Assembly: GCA_049302755.1 (NCBI GenBank)
Contig: JBAQMK010000004.1
Location: 36,392 to 100,391, forward strand
Direction: 5' to 3'
DNA from: Minisyncoccales bacterium
Lineage (GTDB): Bacteria > Patescibacteriota > Minisyncoccia > Minisyncoccales > Minisyncoccaceae
Length of the DNA: 64,000 bases
The position numbers were made by a program, and so were the translations under genes. The notes below the pieces were generated by a model that worked only from the letters and a program-made list of their open reading frames with translations, had not been told where the DNA came from and did not search any database. Of this stretch, positions 54,234-63,186 are shown piece by piece (the stretch's first letter is position 1; each line of letters begins with the position of its first letter).

Positions 54234-54948
54234 GCATTTTATTTATAAACTTGTTCCTCGCTCCCATAAATTCATTAATGTAATTTATCGCCTCCAGCTG
54301 TTCTTTGATTTTATTATCCAATTCAATGGCGCAATAATCGGAAAAATAGTTAACCGGATAGTTTTTCAAATAATCCAATTCTGATAAATCATCCATGTGA
54401 TGACTGTCGTATTTCAATTTCAACTTTTTAGCATCAACAAAAGAAAAATCTTTCTTGACTACACTCACGTGATTGCACTTGATAGGAAATTTAGATAAAA
54501 CTTCTACTTCTTTATTGTATTTATCTTTAGCCAATAACCTTAAATTTTCCAAATGGGCAAAATCAAGACAAATGCCTCCGTATTTTTTAATTTCTTCCGG
54601 GTCCAAGGGACATTTTTCAGTATTCTCGATACAAATCAATTCCCTGTATTTTACCAACCACTCATTATTAATCGGAAAATCTCGCTCCGAATGAGTATTG
54701 AATATTTGAGTGTCGTATTCCTTGGCTAAAAACTCCAGTTCTTCAACATCCATATCATCTCTTAAATGAACAAAAGGAATTCTTTTAATGCCGGAATTCT
54801 TTATCATGTCGTAAAGAGTGTTGCGATGCTCTTTGGTTAAACAGGTCGGAAAAAGAGCGATTTCTTCAATCTTTAATTCTTGTATCTCCCTGAATTTCTC
54901 TTTCCAGTTCGAACCTTTTGTAGTTGTTAGTGCGGGAATAAATTTCAT
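54223..54948 (-). CDS. hypothetical protein (possible TIM-barrel/xylose-isomerase-like fold)
   Basis: 241 aa. Only a weak GICLDFAHLEN cue. Overlaps the downstream gene by 11 nt. Confidence 0.4.
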   Translation of the reverse strand: MKFIPALTTTKGSNWKEKFREIQELKIEEIALFPTCLTKEHRNTLYDMIKNSGIKRIPFVHLRDDMDVEELEFLAKEYDTQIFNTHSERDFPINNEWLVKYRELICIENTEKCPLDPEEIKKYGGICLDFAHLENLRLLAKDKYNKEVEVLSKFPIKCNHVSVVKKDFSFVDAKKLKLKYDSHHMDDLSELDYLKNYPVNYFSDYCAIELDNKIKEQLEAINYINEFMGARNKFINKMLEH

Positions 54949-54950
54949 AA

Positions 54951-55208
54951 TTAAAATCCAAAACCGGTTATTTCGGCGGCTTTCTTGGCCATAATCATCT
55001 TGGCATCGCGAGAAGCCTCGTTAATACAGTCTTTTAAATATCTCTCCTGGTCTTCCTTGCTTAGTTCCGAATTCAAAGAAATGCTTTCTATTTCGGCTCT
55101 TCCGTTAACTACCACCTTAATTCCGTTCTTTTCTTTTTCTACCCTTTCTTTTCCTAAAGAACTCTCCAAATCTTTTAACTTTTTTAAATCTTTTAGTTTA
55201 TCAAACAT
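54951..55208 (-). CDS. ybaB: nucleoid-associated protein YbaB/EbfC
   Basis: 85 aa. Layout fits YbaB: KKLKDLESSL...GIKVVVNGRAEIESISLN...L.D.INEA. Confidence 0.75.
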   Translation of the reverse strand: MFDKLKDLKKLKDLESSLGKERVEKEKNGIKVVVNGRAEIESISLNSELSKEDQERYLKDCINEASRDAKMIMAKKAAEITGFGF

Positions 55209-55249
55209 ATCCTTTTCTTTATTATTACCCTCTTATTTTGCCTTAAATA

Positions 55250-56482
55250 CTATAAACAGTCAAATACCATTTTTGCATCTTCTCTTGAAATATTGATATG
55301 AGTGGGAAGACAAACAATTCTCTTGGCCACTTCCTCTGCCTGGGGACAACTATTAACAACATAGCAAACTTTTTTGAGTGAAGTTAAAGATGGAACCACT
55401 GCCGAGCCAAACCATCCGTCGTTTAAATATATTCCCTTCTTTCTGGCTTCCCTCACTACTTTAGCCGGATTAACATTTAAAACCGGATACTTCAAAAATA
55501 TCGGCTGTCTATCTTTGTCTTTTTTAAAAATAACTTTGAATTCTTTTTTATTAACCAACATTGAATCATATAGTTGAGCGATTTCTCTTCGGTGTAGATT
55601 GAAACGGTCTATTTTTTTTAACTGATTCATTGCCAAAAATGCTAACTCATTGGGCATTCTTTCGGGAAAATAATTCGGAAGCTCACCCTGATTTTCTTTA
55701 GAGGTTACCGCCTTACTTAAAATATTCAAATTAAGGAACAGGGCTAAAAGTCCTCTTCCTAATTTAGAATTATATAAAGGCAAGATTATTTTATTCATCA
55801 AAATCGGATGCAATAATTGCTGTAATGTCCAAAAACAAGAAGGATAATCAATTTCCTTCTGGAAATGAGATACTTTTTCCAATAGAACATCGTTATTAAC
55901 CGTTACCATTCCTCCGTAGACCGAAGAAATAACCTTATCTCTTCCAAAACTAAAGAAACTGGCATCGCCGAAAGATCCGCAAAAAGAATCTTTGTATTTT
56001 GCTCCCAGAGCATGGGCGCAATCTTCAATTAAATAAAGATTGTTGGCCATGCAAATCTTTCTAATTTCATCGATATCTCCCGGATAACCGAAAGTGTGTT
56101 GAATCATTATTGCCTTAGTTTTCTTGGTAATCTTCTTAACAACATCATCGGGAGAAATATTTAAACTTTCATCAATATCGGCAAAAACAGGAGTAGCTCC
56201 GACGTAAATAATCGGATTAACAGCCGCATTACAGGTAAAAGCCTGAAGAATGACTTCATCTCCTTTTCCGATTTCCATGGCTTTTAAGATGGCAATCAAG
56301 GAACTTCTTCCGGAATTAAAACTGAAAGCATTTTTAAAACCGAAATAATTTCTGAACATCCTTTCTAAATCTTTTGTTGCTTTTTTCCCTTTCCATTTCC
56401 ATGGTTGAAAAATCAAACTAAAAGCTAAAGATACATCATCTTTTTCCGTGTTGGGCGATAAAGAAATAGAAATAGTTTTCAT
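55250..56482 (-). CDS. DegT/DnrJ/EryC1/StrS-family PLP-dependent aminotransferase
   Basis: 410 aa with the fold-type I pattern ...IEDCAHALGA...SFFSFGRDKVISS, including the Lys. Confidence 0.8.
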   Translation of the reverse strand: MKTISISLSPNTEKDDVSLAFSLIFQPWKWKGKKATKDLERMFRNYFGFKNAFSFNSGRSSLIAILKAMEIGKGDEVILQAFTCNAAVNPIIYVGATPVFADIDESLNISPDDVVKKITKKTKAIMIQHTFGYPGDIDEIRKICMANNLYLIEDCAHALGAKYKDSFCGSFGDASFFSFGRDKVISSVYGGMVTVNNDVLLEKVSHFQKEIDYPSCFWTLQQLLHPILMNKIILPLYNSKLGRGLLALFLNLNILSKAVTSKENQGELPNYFPERMPNELAFLAMNQLKKIDRFNLHRREIAQLYDSMLVNKKEFKVIFKKDKDRQPIFLKYPVLNVNPAKVVREARKKGIYLNDGWFGSAVVPSLTSLKKVCYVVNSCPQAEEVAKRIVCLPTHINISREDAKMVFDCL

Positions 56483-58182
56483 TATTTTATCAATTTATCA
56501 ATTAAAAGACGAGGAACTCGGCTTTCCAATAAAACAACACTGTCTTCTCTGGCTACCGCAAATATCTTTTTTAATATCTTATCTCCGTTTTGAACAAACA
56601 GAACGTCTTCGGCCTTCATTCCCGATTCAACCGCTCCTTTTTCTAATTCTTTAAAATAATCTCTTGAAGTGATGATTGCCAAATCACAAACTTCTCCAAT
56701 TTTTCTTCCAATCTTACGATGAGTCTCCTTACCTTCGTCTCCCAATTCAATCAAGCACGGCATCACCAATATCTTTCGGCCGTTCCAATTTTTCAAATAT
56801 TCGAGATGGGAAATAATGCCATCAAAATTAGAAGAATAAGTTGCATCAATCAAATCAAAATCATCAACTTTTTTAACTGTAATTCCTCCTTTAATTTCTT
56901 TAACTTTGTCGGCAATCGTTTCCAATTCCATGCCTAATTTTTTCGCTACGGCAATAGCCAATAAAAGATTATACACATTATGAATACCGTGAATATTAGT
57001 TTTTAAATTATGACTTTCTCCAGTTTTAAAAACAACCTTAAACGATACACCCTCCTTATCTTCCTTGATTTCTTCCGCCCAAAGATCCTGTTTTTCAGAA
57101 ATTGAACATTTAACACTATTAATTGTCGAATTAAAATTATCTTTAATTAAATCACTATCCCAATTCAAAACCGCTAATCCTTCGCTGGGCAAAGAATCAA
57201 TCAGTTCGAATTTTCCTTTAACGATATTTTTCTGCGAGCCGAAAGTGGCCAAGTGCTGATTATTAATTCCCGTCAATATTCCTATTTTCGGTTTGGCAAT
57301 ATCGCACAATAACTTTATCCCACCTCGGTTATATGCTCCCATTTCGCAAATAAATATTTCGTATTCGTCGTTAAGATGATTTAAAATGCACTGCGATATT
57401 CCTATTTCTGAATTTTCATTTCTTTCGGTTGAAATAACTTTGAAGTCAGCTGATAAAATCTCTTTCAAAAATTCCTTAGTCGAACTCTTGCCGTAACTGC
57501 CGGTAATTCCGATGACTAAAAGATTTTCCAAAGCTGCCAGTTTTTTCATTGCTCTCTTAATTATTCTATTTCTCATGAAGACGGTGATGGGTTGGAAAAG
57601 AAGAATAATAAAAGAAACTATCAAGGGAGTCAAAATATCAAAAGCCAAGATGGCGACGGCAAAATAAATCAATTCAAACATTATCCATTCCGTTGGATTC
57701 ATATAGCTTTGATAGAAACCAAATGCTATGACCGCGGTGATTATTCCTAAAGGAACAAAGACTACCGGCAAGAGAAGAGATACTTTCGAAGTCATCTCCG
57801 GCCTCTTTATCATTCTTCTTAATAAGCCGACGATTGATAAAAATCCTTCGACGATATAAATAACAAAAACCACGGGAATGCAAGCGATAATGAATAAACT
57901 AATTTCATTTAAGAATTCATTGAGATAATCGGGATAGAAATAAATCGTTGAGCCGATTAAAAACATTATTCCCAAAAAGACAAAACATTTGAAAAACAAT
58001 CCCCAGTTTCCGATTATTTTCCTTCCGCCGTAAGTATCAAAATGCGCCAAGAATCGGCCGATATGATAATTCTTCAACTGCCACAGATAAGACCAGAATA
58101 AAAAATTCTTAACTTCTTTAAAGAACCAAAAGAAGAGAACTATCGAACCGGTTAAAATTATCATCCAAGGCTGTATAACCAT
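56482..58182 (-). CDS. murF: UDP-MurNAc-tripeptide:D-Ala-D-Ala ligase fused to an N-terminal polytopic membrane domain
   Basis: 566 aa. Residues ~1-200 form about 6 TM helices. These are followed by P-loop GITGSYGKSSTKE, the MurF-type TERNENSEIG block and ICEMGA. Confidence 0.75.
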   Translation of the reverse strand: MVIQPWMIILTGSIVLFFWFFKEVKNFLFWSYLWQLKNYHIGRFLAHFDTYGGRKIIGNWGLFFKCFVFLGIMFLIGSTIYFYPDYLNEFLNEISLFIIACIPVVFVIYIVEGFLSIVGLLRRMIKRPEMTSKVSLLLPVVFVPLGIITAVIAFGFYQSYMNPTEWIMFELIYFAVAILAFDILTPLIVSFIILLFQPITVFMRNRIIKRAMKKLAALENLLVIGITGSYGKSSTKEFLKEILSADFKVISTERNENSEIGISQCILNHLNDEYEIFICEMGAYNRGGIKLLCDIAKPKIGILTGINNQHLATFGSQKNIVKGKFELIDSLPSEGLAVLNWDSDLIKDNFNSTINSVKCSISEKQDLWAEEIKEDKEGVSFKVVFKTGESHNLKTNIHGIHNVYNLLLAIAVAKKLGMELETIADKVKEIKGGITVKKVDDFDLIDATYSSNFDGIISHLEYLKNWNGRKILVMPCLIELGDEGKETHRKIGRKIGEVCDLAIITSRDYFKELEKGAVESGMKAEDVLFVQNGDKILKKIFAVAREDSVVLLESRVPRLLIDKLIK

Positions 58183-58183
58183 A

Positions 58184-58969
58184 TTATTTGTTTAAAAATT
58201 TAATAATAGATTCGCTCACCTCAACAGAATCTGTTTTATAGGGATTATGTCTTGCTCCCTTTATTATTTTTAATTCAGAATTATCGATTTCCTGATGAAA
58301 AAGAACTCCATCTTCTACCGGAGTGACGGGATCGTCTTCTCCCCAGATAATCAAGCAAGGCATATCAACTTTAAGTAATAAATGAGTTAAATCTTCACTT
58401 ACCACTTTTTTAAATATCTCTTTCATCAAAGGGTTGGCCCGATAGTAATCATATGTTCCGGATAATCTATAAGCCATCTTTTCAAAAAAAGAATACATCC
58501 GGGAATCTTCAGCAATAACTTTGGAACCTATTTTTGCTAAAAACTTTGAAATTCTTTGTCTTAAATTTAACCTTTCTTCTCTGACAATCGCCGCATCACA
58601 AAATATTAATTTTAAAGGTTTAAAATTCTTCTCGGTCGCCATTTTTAAAGCAATTCCTCCACCGAAAGAATGACCTAGGAGATAAAAATCGGAAAGACCT
58701 AACTTCTTAATAAAAGCAACAATCAAATCAGCATAATCGCCTACTCCCCAGACAGTTTTTGGAGTTTCTGTTTTTCCAAACCCGGGCAAATCAGGAATAA
58801 TCAATTCAAATCCCTTGTCCGCCATTTCATCAATCAGCCTCAACCAGGAAACAGAAGATGCTCCCCAACCATGAAGAATTAAAAACGGCTTACCCTTCCC
58901 GGCAGTTTTATAATATAATTCAACACCATTAATGTTGATTTTATTTTCCTTGAATTCAAATAGCTCCAT
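58184..58969 (-). CDS. alpha/beta-fold hydrolase
   Basis: 261 aa with HGWG, nucleophile elbow GHSFGG, and C-terminal D and H residues. Confidence 0.8.
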   Translation of the reverse strand: MELFEFKENKININGVELYYKTAGKGKPFLILHGWGASSVSWLRLIDEMADKGFELIIPDLPGFGKTETPKTVWGVGDYADLIVAFIKKLGLSDFYLLGHSFGGGIALKMATEKNFKPLKLIFCDAAIVREERLNLRQRISKFLAKIGSKVIAEDSRMYSFFEKMAYRLSGTYDYYRANPLMKEIFKKVVSEDLTHLLLKVDMPCLIIWGEDDPVTPVEDGVLFHQEIDNSELKIIKGARHNPYKTDSVEVSESIIKFLNK

Positions 58970-58972
58970 TAA

Positions 58973-60241
58973 CTATTTTCTTTTAATTTCTTTAAAACTC
59001 AAATACTTATGTAAAACCTTAGGAATTTTAATGCTTCCGTCTTTTTGTTGGTTATTCTCCAATAAAGGAATTAAAATTCTAGGAGTAGCAATTCCCGTAT
59101 TATTTAATGAATAGGTGTATTTGGTTTCTCCATCCTTGGTTTTGTATTTAATTCCCAATCTTCTAGTCTGAAAATCAAAGAAATATGAAGAAGAGTGAGT
59201 TTCTCGATATTTATTCTGTGAAGGAACCCAGGCTTCAATATCATATTTCTTCACCTGTCCTAATCCCAAATCAGCAGCACAATTTCGGACAACGTGATAT
59301 GGAATATTTAATCCCTGTAATATTTCTTCTGCATTCTTAGTTATTTCTTCGTGCAACCTAACCGATTCTTCTTTATCATTCTTGCATAAAACAACCTGCT
59401 CTATTTTCATAAACTCGTGAACTCTCAAGATTCCTTGAGTATCTTTTCCGTAGCTGCCAATTTCCGTTCTGAAGCAAGGAGAAAAACCCATATATTTAAT
59501 CGGCAAATCTTCTTCTTTTAATGTTTCATTGGAATGATAGCTCATCATTGCCACTTCTGAAGTTCCAGCTAAATATGTTCCATCATCATTTTTGTAAACT
59601 TCATCCTTTGATTGAGGTAAATAACCGGTTCCGGTCATAGCTGCTTCATTAACTAAAGACGGAGCTCCAACCGGAATAAATCCTTTCTTGGTTAAAACAT
59701 CGGTCGCATACTGCCAAATAGCCATGCAGATAAGAAAAGCCTCCCTTTTTAAAAAGTATCCTCTGAATCCAACTACTTTAGCTCCGCGGTCAAAATCAAC
59801 TAAATCTAAATCTTTGGTTAATTGAACGTGGTCTTTGATGGGAAACTTGAATTCCGGAATCTTACCCCATTTTCTCACTTCGACATTGTCGGCATCGGAA
59901 TCACCGTCAGAAACAGATTCATCTGGAATATTGGGAACCAATAACATAAGCCTCTCGAATTCTTCATTGATCTTCTTGTATTCATCTTCTTCATTGTCAG
60001 AATTCCTGTCTAATTCCCTCATTTGAGCAATCACTGCTTCCCTATCTTCTTTCGTCTTAGCTTCCTGAATTCTTTTGTTCGCCTGATTTTTCATCGCACT
60101 CTTATTCTCGATCGCGATAATTAATTCCCTTCTTTTGGTATCAATATTTAAAAGGTTATCAACATCAAAATTAACTTTCTTTTTTCGGCAAGCTTCTTTA
60201 ACTTTTTCCGGATTTTCTCTAATAAATTTAATATCTAACAT
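58973..60241 (-). CDS. serS: seryl-tRNA synthetase
   Basis: 422 aa with N-terminal coiled-coil arm and class II motifs (FRTE, GTGIATPR). Confidence 0.93.
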   Translation of the reverse strand: MLDIKFIRENPEKVKEACRKKKVNFDVDNLLNIDTKRRELIIAIENKSAMKNQANKRIQEAKTKEDREAVIAQMRELDRNSDNEEDEYKKINEEFERLMLLVPNIPDESVSDGDSDADNVEVRKWGKIPEFKFPIKDHVQLTKDLDLVDFDRGAKVVGFRGYFLKREAFLICMAIWQYATDVLTKKGFIPVGAPSLVNEAAMTGTGYLPQSKDEVYKNDDGTYLAGTSEVAMMSYHSNETLKEEDLPIKYMGFSPCFRTEIGSYGKDTQGILRVHEFMKIEQVVLCKNDKEESVRLHEEITKNAEEILQGLNIPYHVVRNCAADLGLGQVKKYDIEAWVPSQNKYRETHSSSYFFDFQTRRLGIKYKTKDGETKYTYSLNNTGIATPRILIPLLENNQQKDGSIKIPKVLHKYLSFKEIKRK

Positions 60242-60305
60242 ATGTTCAAATCTCTATTATTTTAAGTACATAATACCAATTTGAAGGAAAAAAAGCAATA
60301 AAAAA

Positions 60306-60329
60306 GGAGGCTCTTAATTTAGTTCCTCC
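60306..60329 (-). terminator. intrinsic terminator overlapping the 3' end of the Cys-rich micro-ORF
   Basis: Minus strand reads GGAGG-14 nt-CCTCC then TTTTTTATTGCTTTTT. Confidence 0.45.
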
Positions 60330-60454
60330 TCCTCGCGAGAAGCGCTTGGCGCAATCTCTTTTTTCTCTATCGGAATCTTGATAGAATCCGATATTCTTTG
60401 AATGGCCTCGATTGTTAATCCGCCACACCTACCGCAACATCCAGACAGACACAT
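60314..60454 (-). CDS. 46-aa Cys-rich micro-protein (MCLSGCCGRCGGLTIEAIQRISDSIKIPIEKKEIAPSASREEEELN)
   Basis: Not in the ORF track. GAGGA lies 9 nt upstream of the ATG. Has a TTGACA-16-TATAAT promoter upstream and a terminator downstream. Replaces the out-of-frame track ORF 60246-60428. Confidence 0.5.
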   Translation of the reverse strand: MCLSGCCGRCGGLTIEAIQRISDSIKIPIEKKEIAPSASREEEELN

Positions 60455-60476
60455 ATTAACACATCCTCTAGTGTTT

Positions 60477-60504
60477 ATTATACTTCAAAATATTATCGTG
60501 TCAA
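60477..60504 (-). promoter_or_regulatory. consensus-hexamer sigma70 promoter for the Cys-rich micro-ORF
   Basis: Minus strand reads TTGACA-16 nt-TATAAT. Confidence 0.6.
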
Positions 60505-60514
60505 AAATAAAAAA

Positions 60515-60531
60515 AAGAGGTGTTAACTCTT
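60515..60531 (-). terminator. intrinsic terminator after the 169-aa ORFan
   Basis: Minus strand reads AAGAG-7 nt-CTCTT then TTTTTTTTATTTTT. Confidence 0.5.
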
Positions 60532-60533
60532 AT

Positions 60534-61043
60534 TTAAGGATAGATATAATCGTAGTCGATTAAACTGAACACCTCCAAGTGGTTTTCATAAGGAAGGAAC
60601 CTTCCGTCGGCAATCGCCGCCACAGACATGATTTGAACATTTTCATTGATCCGAGGTAAATGATACCATTCATCCATCTCGACATCGCTGACCAATGCTT
60701 TTACCAAGAGGACGTTTACCTCCTTGGAATCATCGAATCTCTTAAGGACTACTCTGACATCATTGTCCTGAGGGACAAAATAATGCTTTGCCCTTAAAGA
60801 TTCAGCAACAGACCTGGAGAGACCACTATTGTCAGATATGAAGCCGATAACAACGTTGCAGCGATGAGGAATTTTTTTAACCAGATATCTGGCTAATCCG
60901 TCAATTGCCTTTTCGTTTTCAATTTTCGAAAAGTCGAATTGTACATTTCCCCCCATTACTCCCTTTCTTCGGAGCATTCGCGCTATGTCTTCTTTAGACG
61001 GCGCCTTATTAGTCACATTAGGTTTCATAACAATCACGCTCAA
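60534..61043 (-). CDS. hypothetical protein (about 164-169 aa), GC-elevated
   Basis: The track start at 61043 is TTG. ATG at 61028 (MKPNVTNK...) is an alternative. No motif recognised. Spot GC is 47% at 60601-60660. Confidence 0.5.
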   Translation of the reverse strand: MSVIVMKPNVTNKAPSKEDIARMLRRKGVMGGNVQFDFSKIENEKAIDGLARYLVKKIPHRCNVVIGFISDNSGLSRSVAESLRAKHYFVPQDNDVRVVLKRFDDSKEVNVLLVKALVSDVEMDEWYHLPRINENVQIMSVAAIADGRFLPYENHLEVFSLIDYDYIYP

Positions 61044-61093
61044 TGAGCTAAGAAAGTCATAGCAAAAAAAGAAATCTGTGTCAAAACAAAAAA

Positions 61094-61109
61094 CCCGGGT
61101 TTCCCCGGG
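61094..61109 (-). terminator. intrinsic terminator after lysS
   Basis: CCCGGG-TTTC-CCCGGG (GAAA loop on the minus strand), followed on the minus strand by TTTTTTGTTTT. Confidence 0.7.
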
Positions 61110-61115
61110 CCTTAT

Positions 61116-62576
61116 TTATTCTTTATCCTTCATTAATGGAAACAGTATTACTTCTCGCAACGAACCTGAATCGGTCAACATCGAAACAATCCTGTCGATT
61201 CCCATTCCGAATCCGGCAGCCGGAGGCATTCCGTACTCCAAGGCTTCGATAAACTCTTCATCTGACCTCTGAGCTTCTTCAAATCCGCCTTTGAATAATT
61301 TCTCTTGTCCTCGCAATACATCTCCCTGATCCAACGAATCATTCTGTTCGGAAAAAGCATTAATAACTTCTGCTCCGGCAACTACCAACTGAAAATTAGC
61401 TAATTTTTCTTTATCCAATCCCTTGGCTAAAGGCTGAAATCCTCTAGGGTGATGAATAATGAAAGTCGGCTGGATAATATTCGGTCGACAATATTTCTTG
61501 TAAATCTCATCGGCGATATTCGGCTTATCAGCTCCCTCAGGAACATCAATTCCCATTTCTTTGGCTTTTTCAAGTAAAGCCTTTTCATTTAATTCTTCAT
61601 ACTTGATTCCGGTATGCTTTTCCAATAAAGCAAAAAATTCTATTCTTTCAAACGGTCCCTTGAAATTCAAAACACTGTCTCCGTATTTGATATCGGTTGT
61701 TCCTAAAACTTTAGTTAAAATAACTTCAAACATTCTTTCTGTCATTTTCATTAATTGTTTGTAGTCGGCATAGGCCCAGTAAAATTCAATCATGGTAAAA
61801 TCGGGATTGTGGAATTTATCCACTCCTTCGTTCCTGAAACATTTTCCTATTTCGTATATCTTCTCGAATCCTCCAACTAACAATCTCTTTAGATATAATT
61901 CCGGAGATATTCTCAAAAACACATCGACATCCATGGCATTCAAATGAGTTTTAAACGGCTTGGCCCTGGCTCCACCGTATAATGATTGAAGAATCGGAGT
62001 TTCCACTTCAAAAAATCCATCCTCATTTAAAAAGTTTCTTAATTCTTTGATAAAGTTGGAACGAATAACAAACTTCTGCTTCACCTCCGGAGAAAACATC
62101 AAATCAAGATATCTTTTTCTGTATCTCTCTTCAACATCTTTCAAACCGTGCCATTTTTCCGGCAACGGAAGCAAAGATTTACAAATCATCTTATAGTCCG
62201 TTATCTGAAGCGTCTTTTCTCCCCTCTTGGTTTCAAATAAAGTTCCGTGGGCTTCAATAAAATCACCCATATCAAAATTATCTAAAAATGAATCATAATT
62301 AACTTCACCCATTTTGTCTTTTGCCAATAGTCCTTGAATTTTTCCTGTTCCGTCTTCGAAATCAATAAAAGTCAAAGCACCGTGAGTTCTAATAGTCCTC
62401 ACTCTTCCGACTAAAATAACCTCTTCTTCTTTTTGCGACAAAGATGCAAAATCCTCTAAAACCTTCTTGATTTCGTGAGTGCGTTTGACTTCAATAGGAT
62501 AAACATCAACTCCGTTCTTGCGAAGCTTATTTAATTTTTCAATCCTATTTTGTCTTATTTCGTCTGAGGTAGACAT
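61116..62576 (-). CDS. lysS: lysyl-tRNA synthetase, class II
   Basis: 486 aa with N-terminal OB fold, motif 2 FRNEG and motif 3 GFGMGIDR. Confidence 0.93.
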   Translation of the reverse strand: MSTSDEIRQNRIEKLNKLRKNGVDVYPIEVKRTHEIKKVLEDFASLSQKEEEVILVGRVRTIRTHGALTFIDFEDGTGKIQGLLAKDKMGEVNYDSFLDNFDMGDFIEAHGTLFETKRGEKTLQITDYKMICKSLLPLPEKWHGLKDVEERYRKRYLDLMFSPEVKQKFVIRSNFIKELRNFLNEDGFFEVETPILQSLYGGARAKPFKTHLNAMDVDVFLRISPELYLKRLLVGGFEKIYEIGKCFRNEGVDKFHNPDFTMIEFYWAYADYKQLMKMTERMFEVILTKVLGTTDIKYGDSVLNFKGPFERIEFFALLEKHTGIKYEELNEKALLEKAKEMGIDVPEGADKPNIADEIYKKYCRPNIIQPTFIIHHPRGFQPLAKGLDKEKLANFQLVVAGAEVINAFSEQNDSLDQGDVLRGQEKLFKGGFEEAQRSDEEFIEALEYGMPPAAGFGMGIDRIVSMLTDSGSLREVILFPLMKDKE

Positions 62577-62580
62577 ATTT

Positions 62581-63039
62581 TTATTCTATTTTTAGTATTT
62601 TGTATTTAAGAGATCCTTTGGGAGTTTTAATCTCCACTTCGGCTCCTTTAGGCTTATTCAATAAAGCTTGTCCTAAAGGTGATTTGAAAGAAATTCTGTT
62701 TTCCATTGGATTGGCTTCTTCCTCTCCAACAACATGGTATCTTTCTTCGTCGTCGCCTTGTTTGATTGTAACATAGGAACCGATTTGAACCCAGCCCGTA
62801 TTCTCATTATCCTGAATTACTTTGGCCGAACTGATTAATCTTTCTAAGTCAAGGATTTTACCTTCAATCGCAGCTTGGTTATCTTTCGCTTCATCGTAAG
62901 CGGCATTTTCAGACAAATCACCGAAAGAAATAGCTTCTTTTAATTGTTCAGCTACCTCAATTCTACCTTCTTTTTTAAGGTATTCAAGTTCTTTTTTTAA
63001 TTTATCTAAACCTTCTTGAGTTAAATATTTACTGTCCAT
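62581..63039 (-). CDS. greA: transcription elongation factor GreA
   Basis: 152 aa. N-terminal coiled coil carries the acidic tip (GDLSENAAYDEAK). C-terminal globular domain. Confidence 0.92.
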   Translation of the reverse strand: MDSKYLTQEGLDKLKKELEYLKKEGRIEVAEQLKEAISFGDLSENAAYDEAKDNQAAIEGKILDLERLISSAKVIQDNENTGWVQIGSYVTIKQGDDEERYHVVGEEEANPMENRISFKSPLGQALLNKPKGAEVEIKTPKGSLKYKILKIE

Positions 63040-63153
63040 ATATTTTTATTATTCCACGATTCCATTTAGTCAAAAGACAAAAACCGAACGGCGGATGTTA
63101 TTTATTCAATTTAGAAAAAAGGCCTAATCGCCTAGATCAATCCTTTTGGTGAT

Positions 63154-63181
63154 AGTATAGCATATATATCTGAGAAATCAA
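63154..63181 (-). promoter_or_regulatory. sigma70-like promoter with extended -10, about 115 nt upstream of greA
   Basis: Minus strand reads TTGATT-16 nt-TATACT with TGC upstream. A weaker proximal TTGACT-16-TAATAA lies 6 nt from the greA ATG. Confidence 0.4.
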
Positions 63182-63186
63182 GACTT

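Noticed and set aside
60246-60428. Track ORF of 60 aa (MWRINNRGHSKNIGFYQDSD...).
   Set aside because: It has no SD or promoter in register. A different frame in the same region holds a 46-aa ORF with promoter, SD and terminator. The track ORF also runs through that terminator.
63040-63135. Possible attenuator or GraL-like leader RNA upstream of greA (hairpins AGGC-GATTAG-GCCT plus T6, and CCG-CCGTT-CGG plus T-run).
   Set aside because: The stems are only 3-4 bp, too weak to call intrinsic terminators by eye. It is also unclear which of the two candidate promoters is used.
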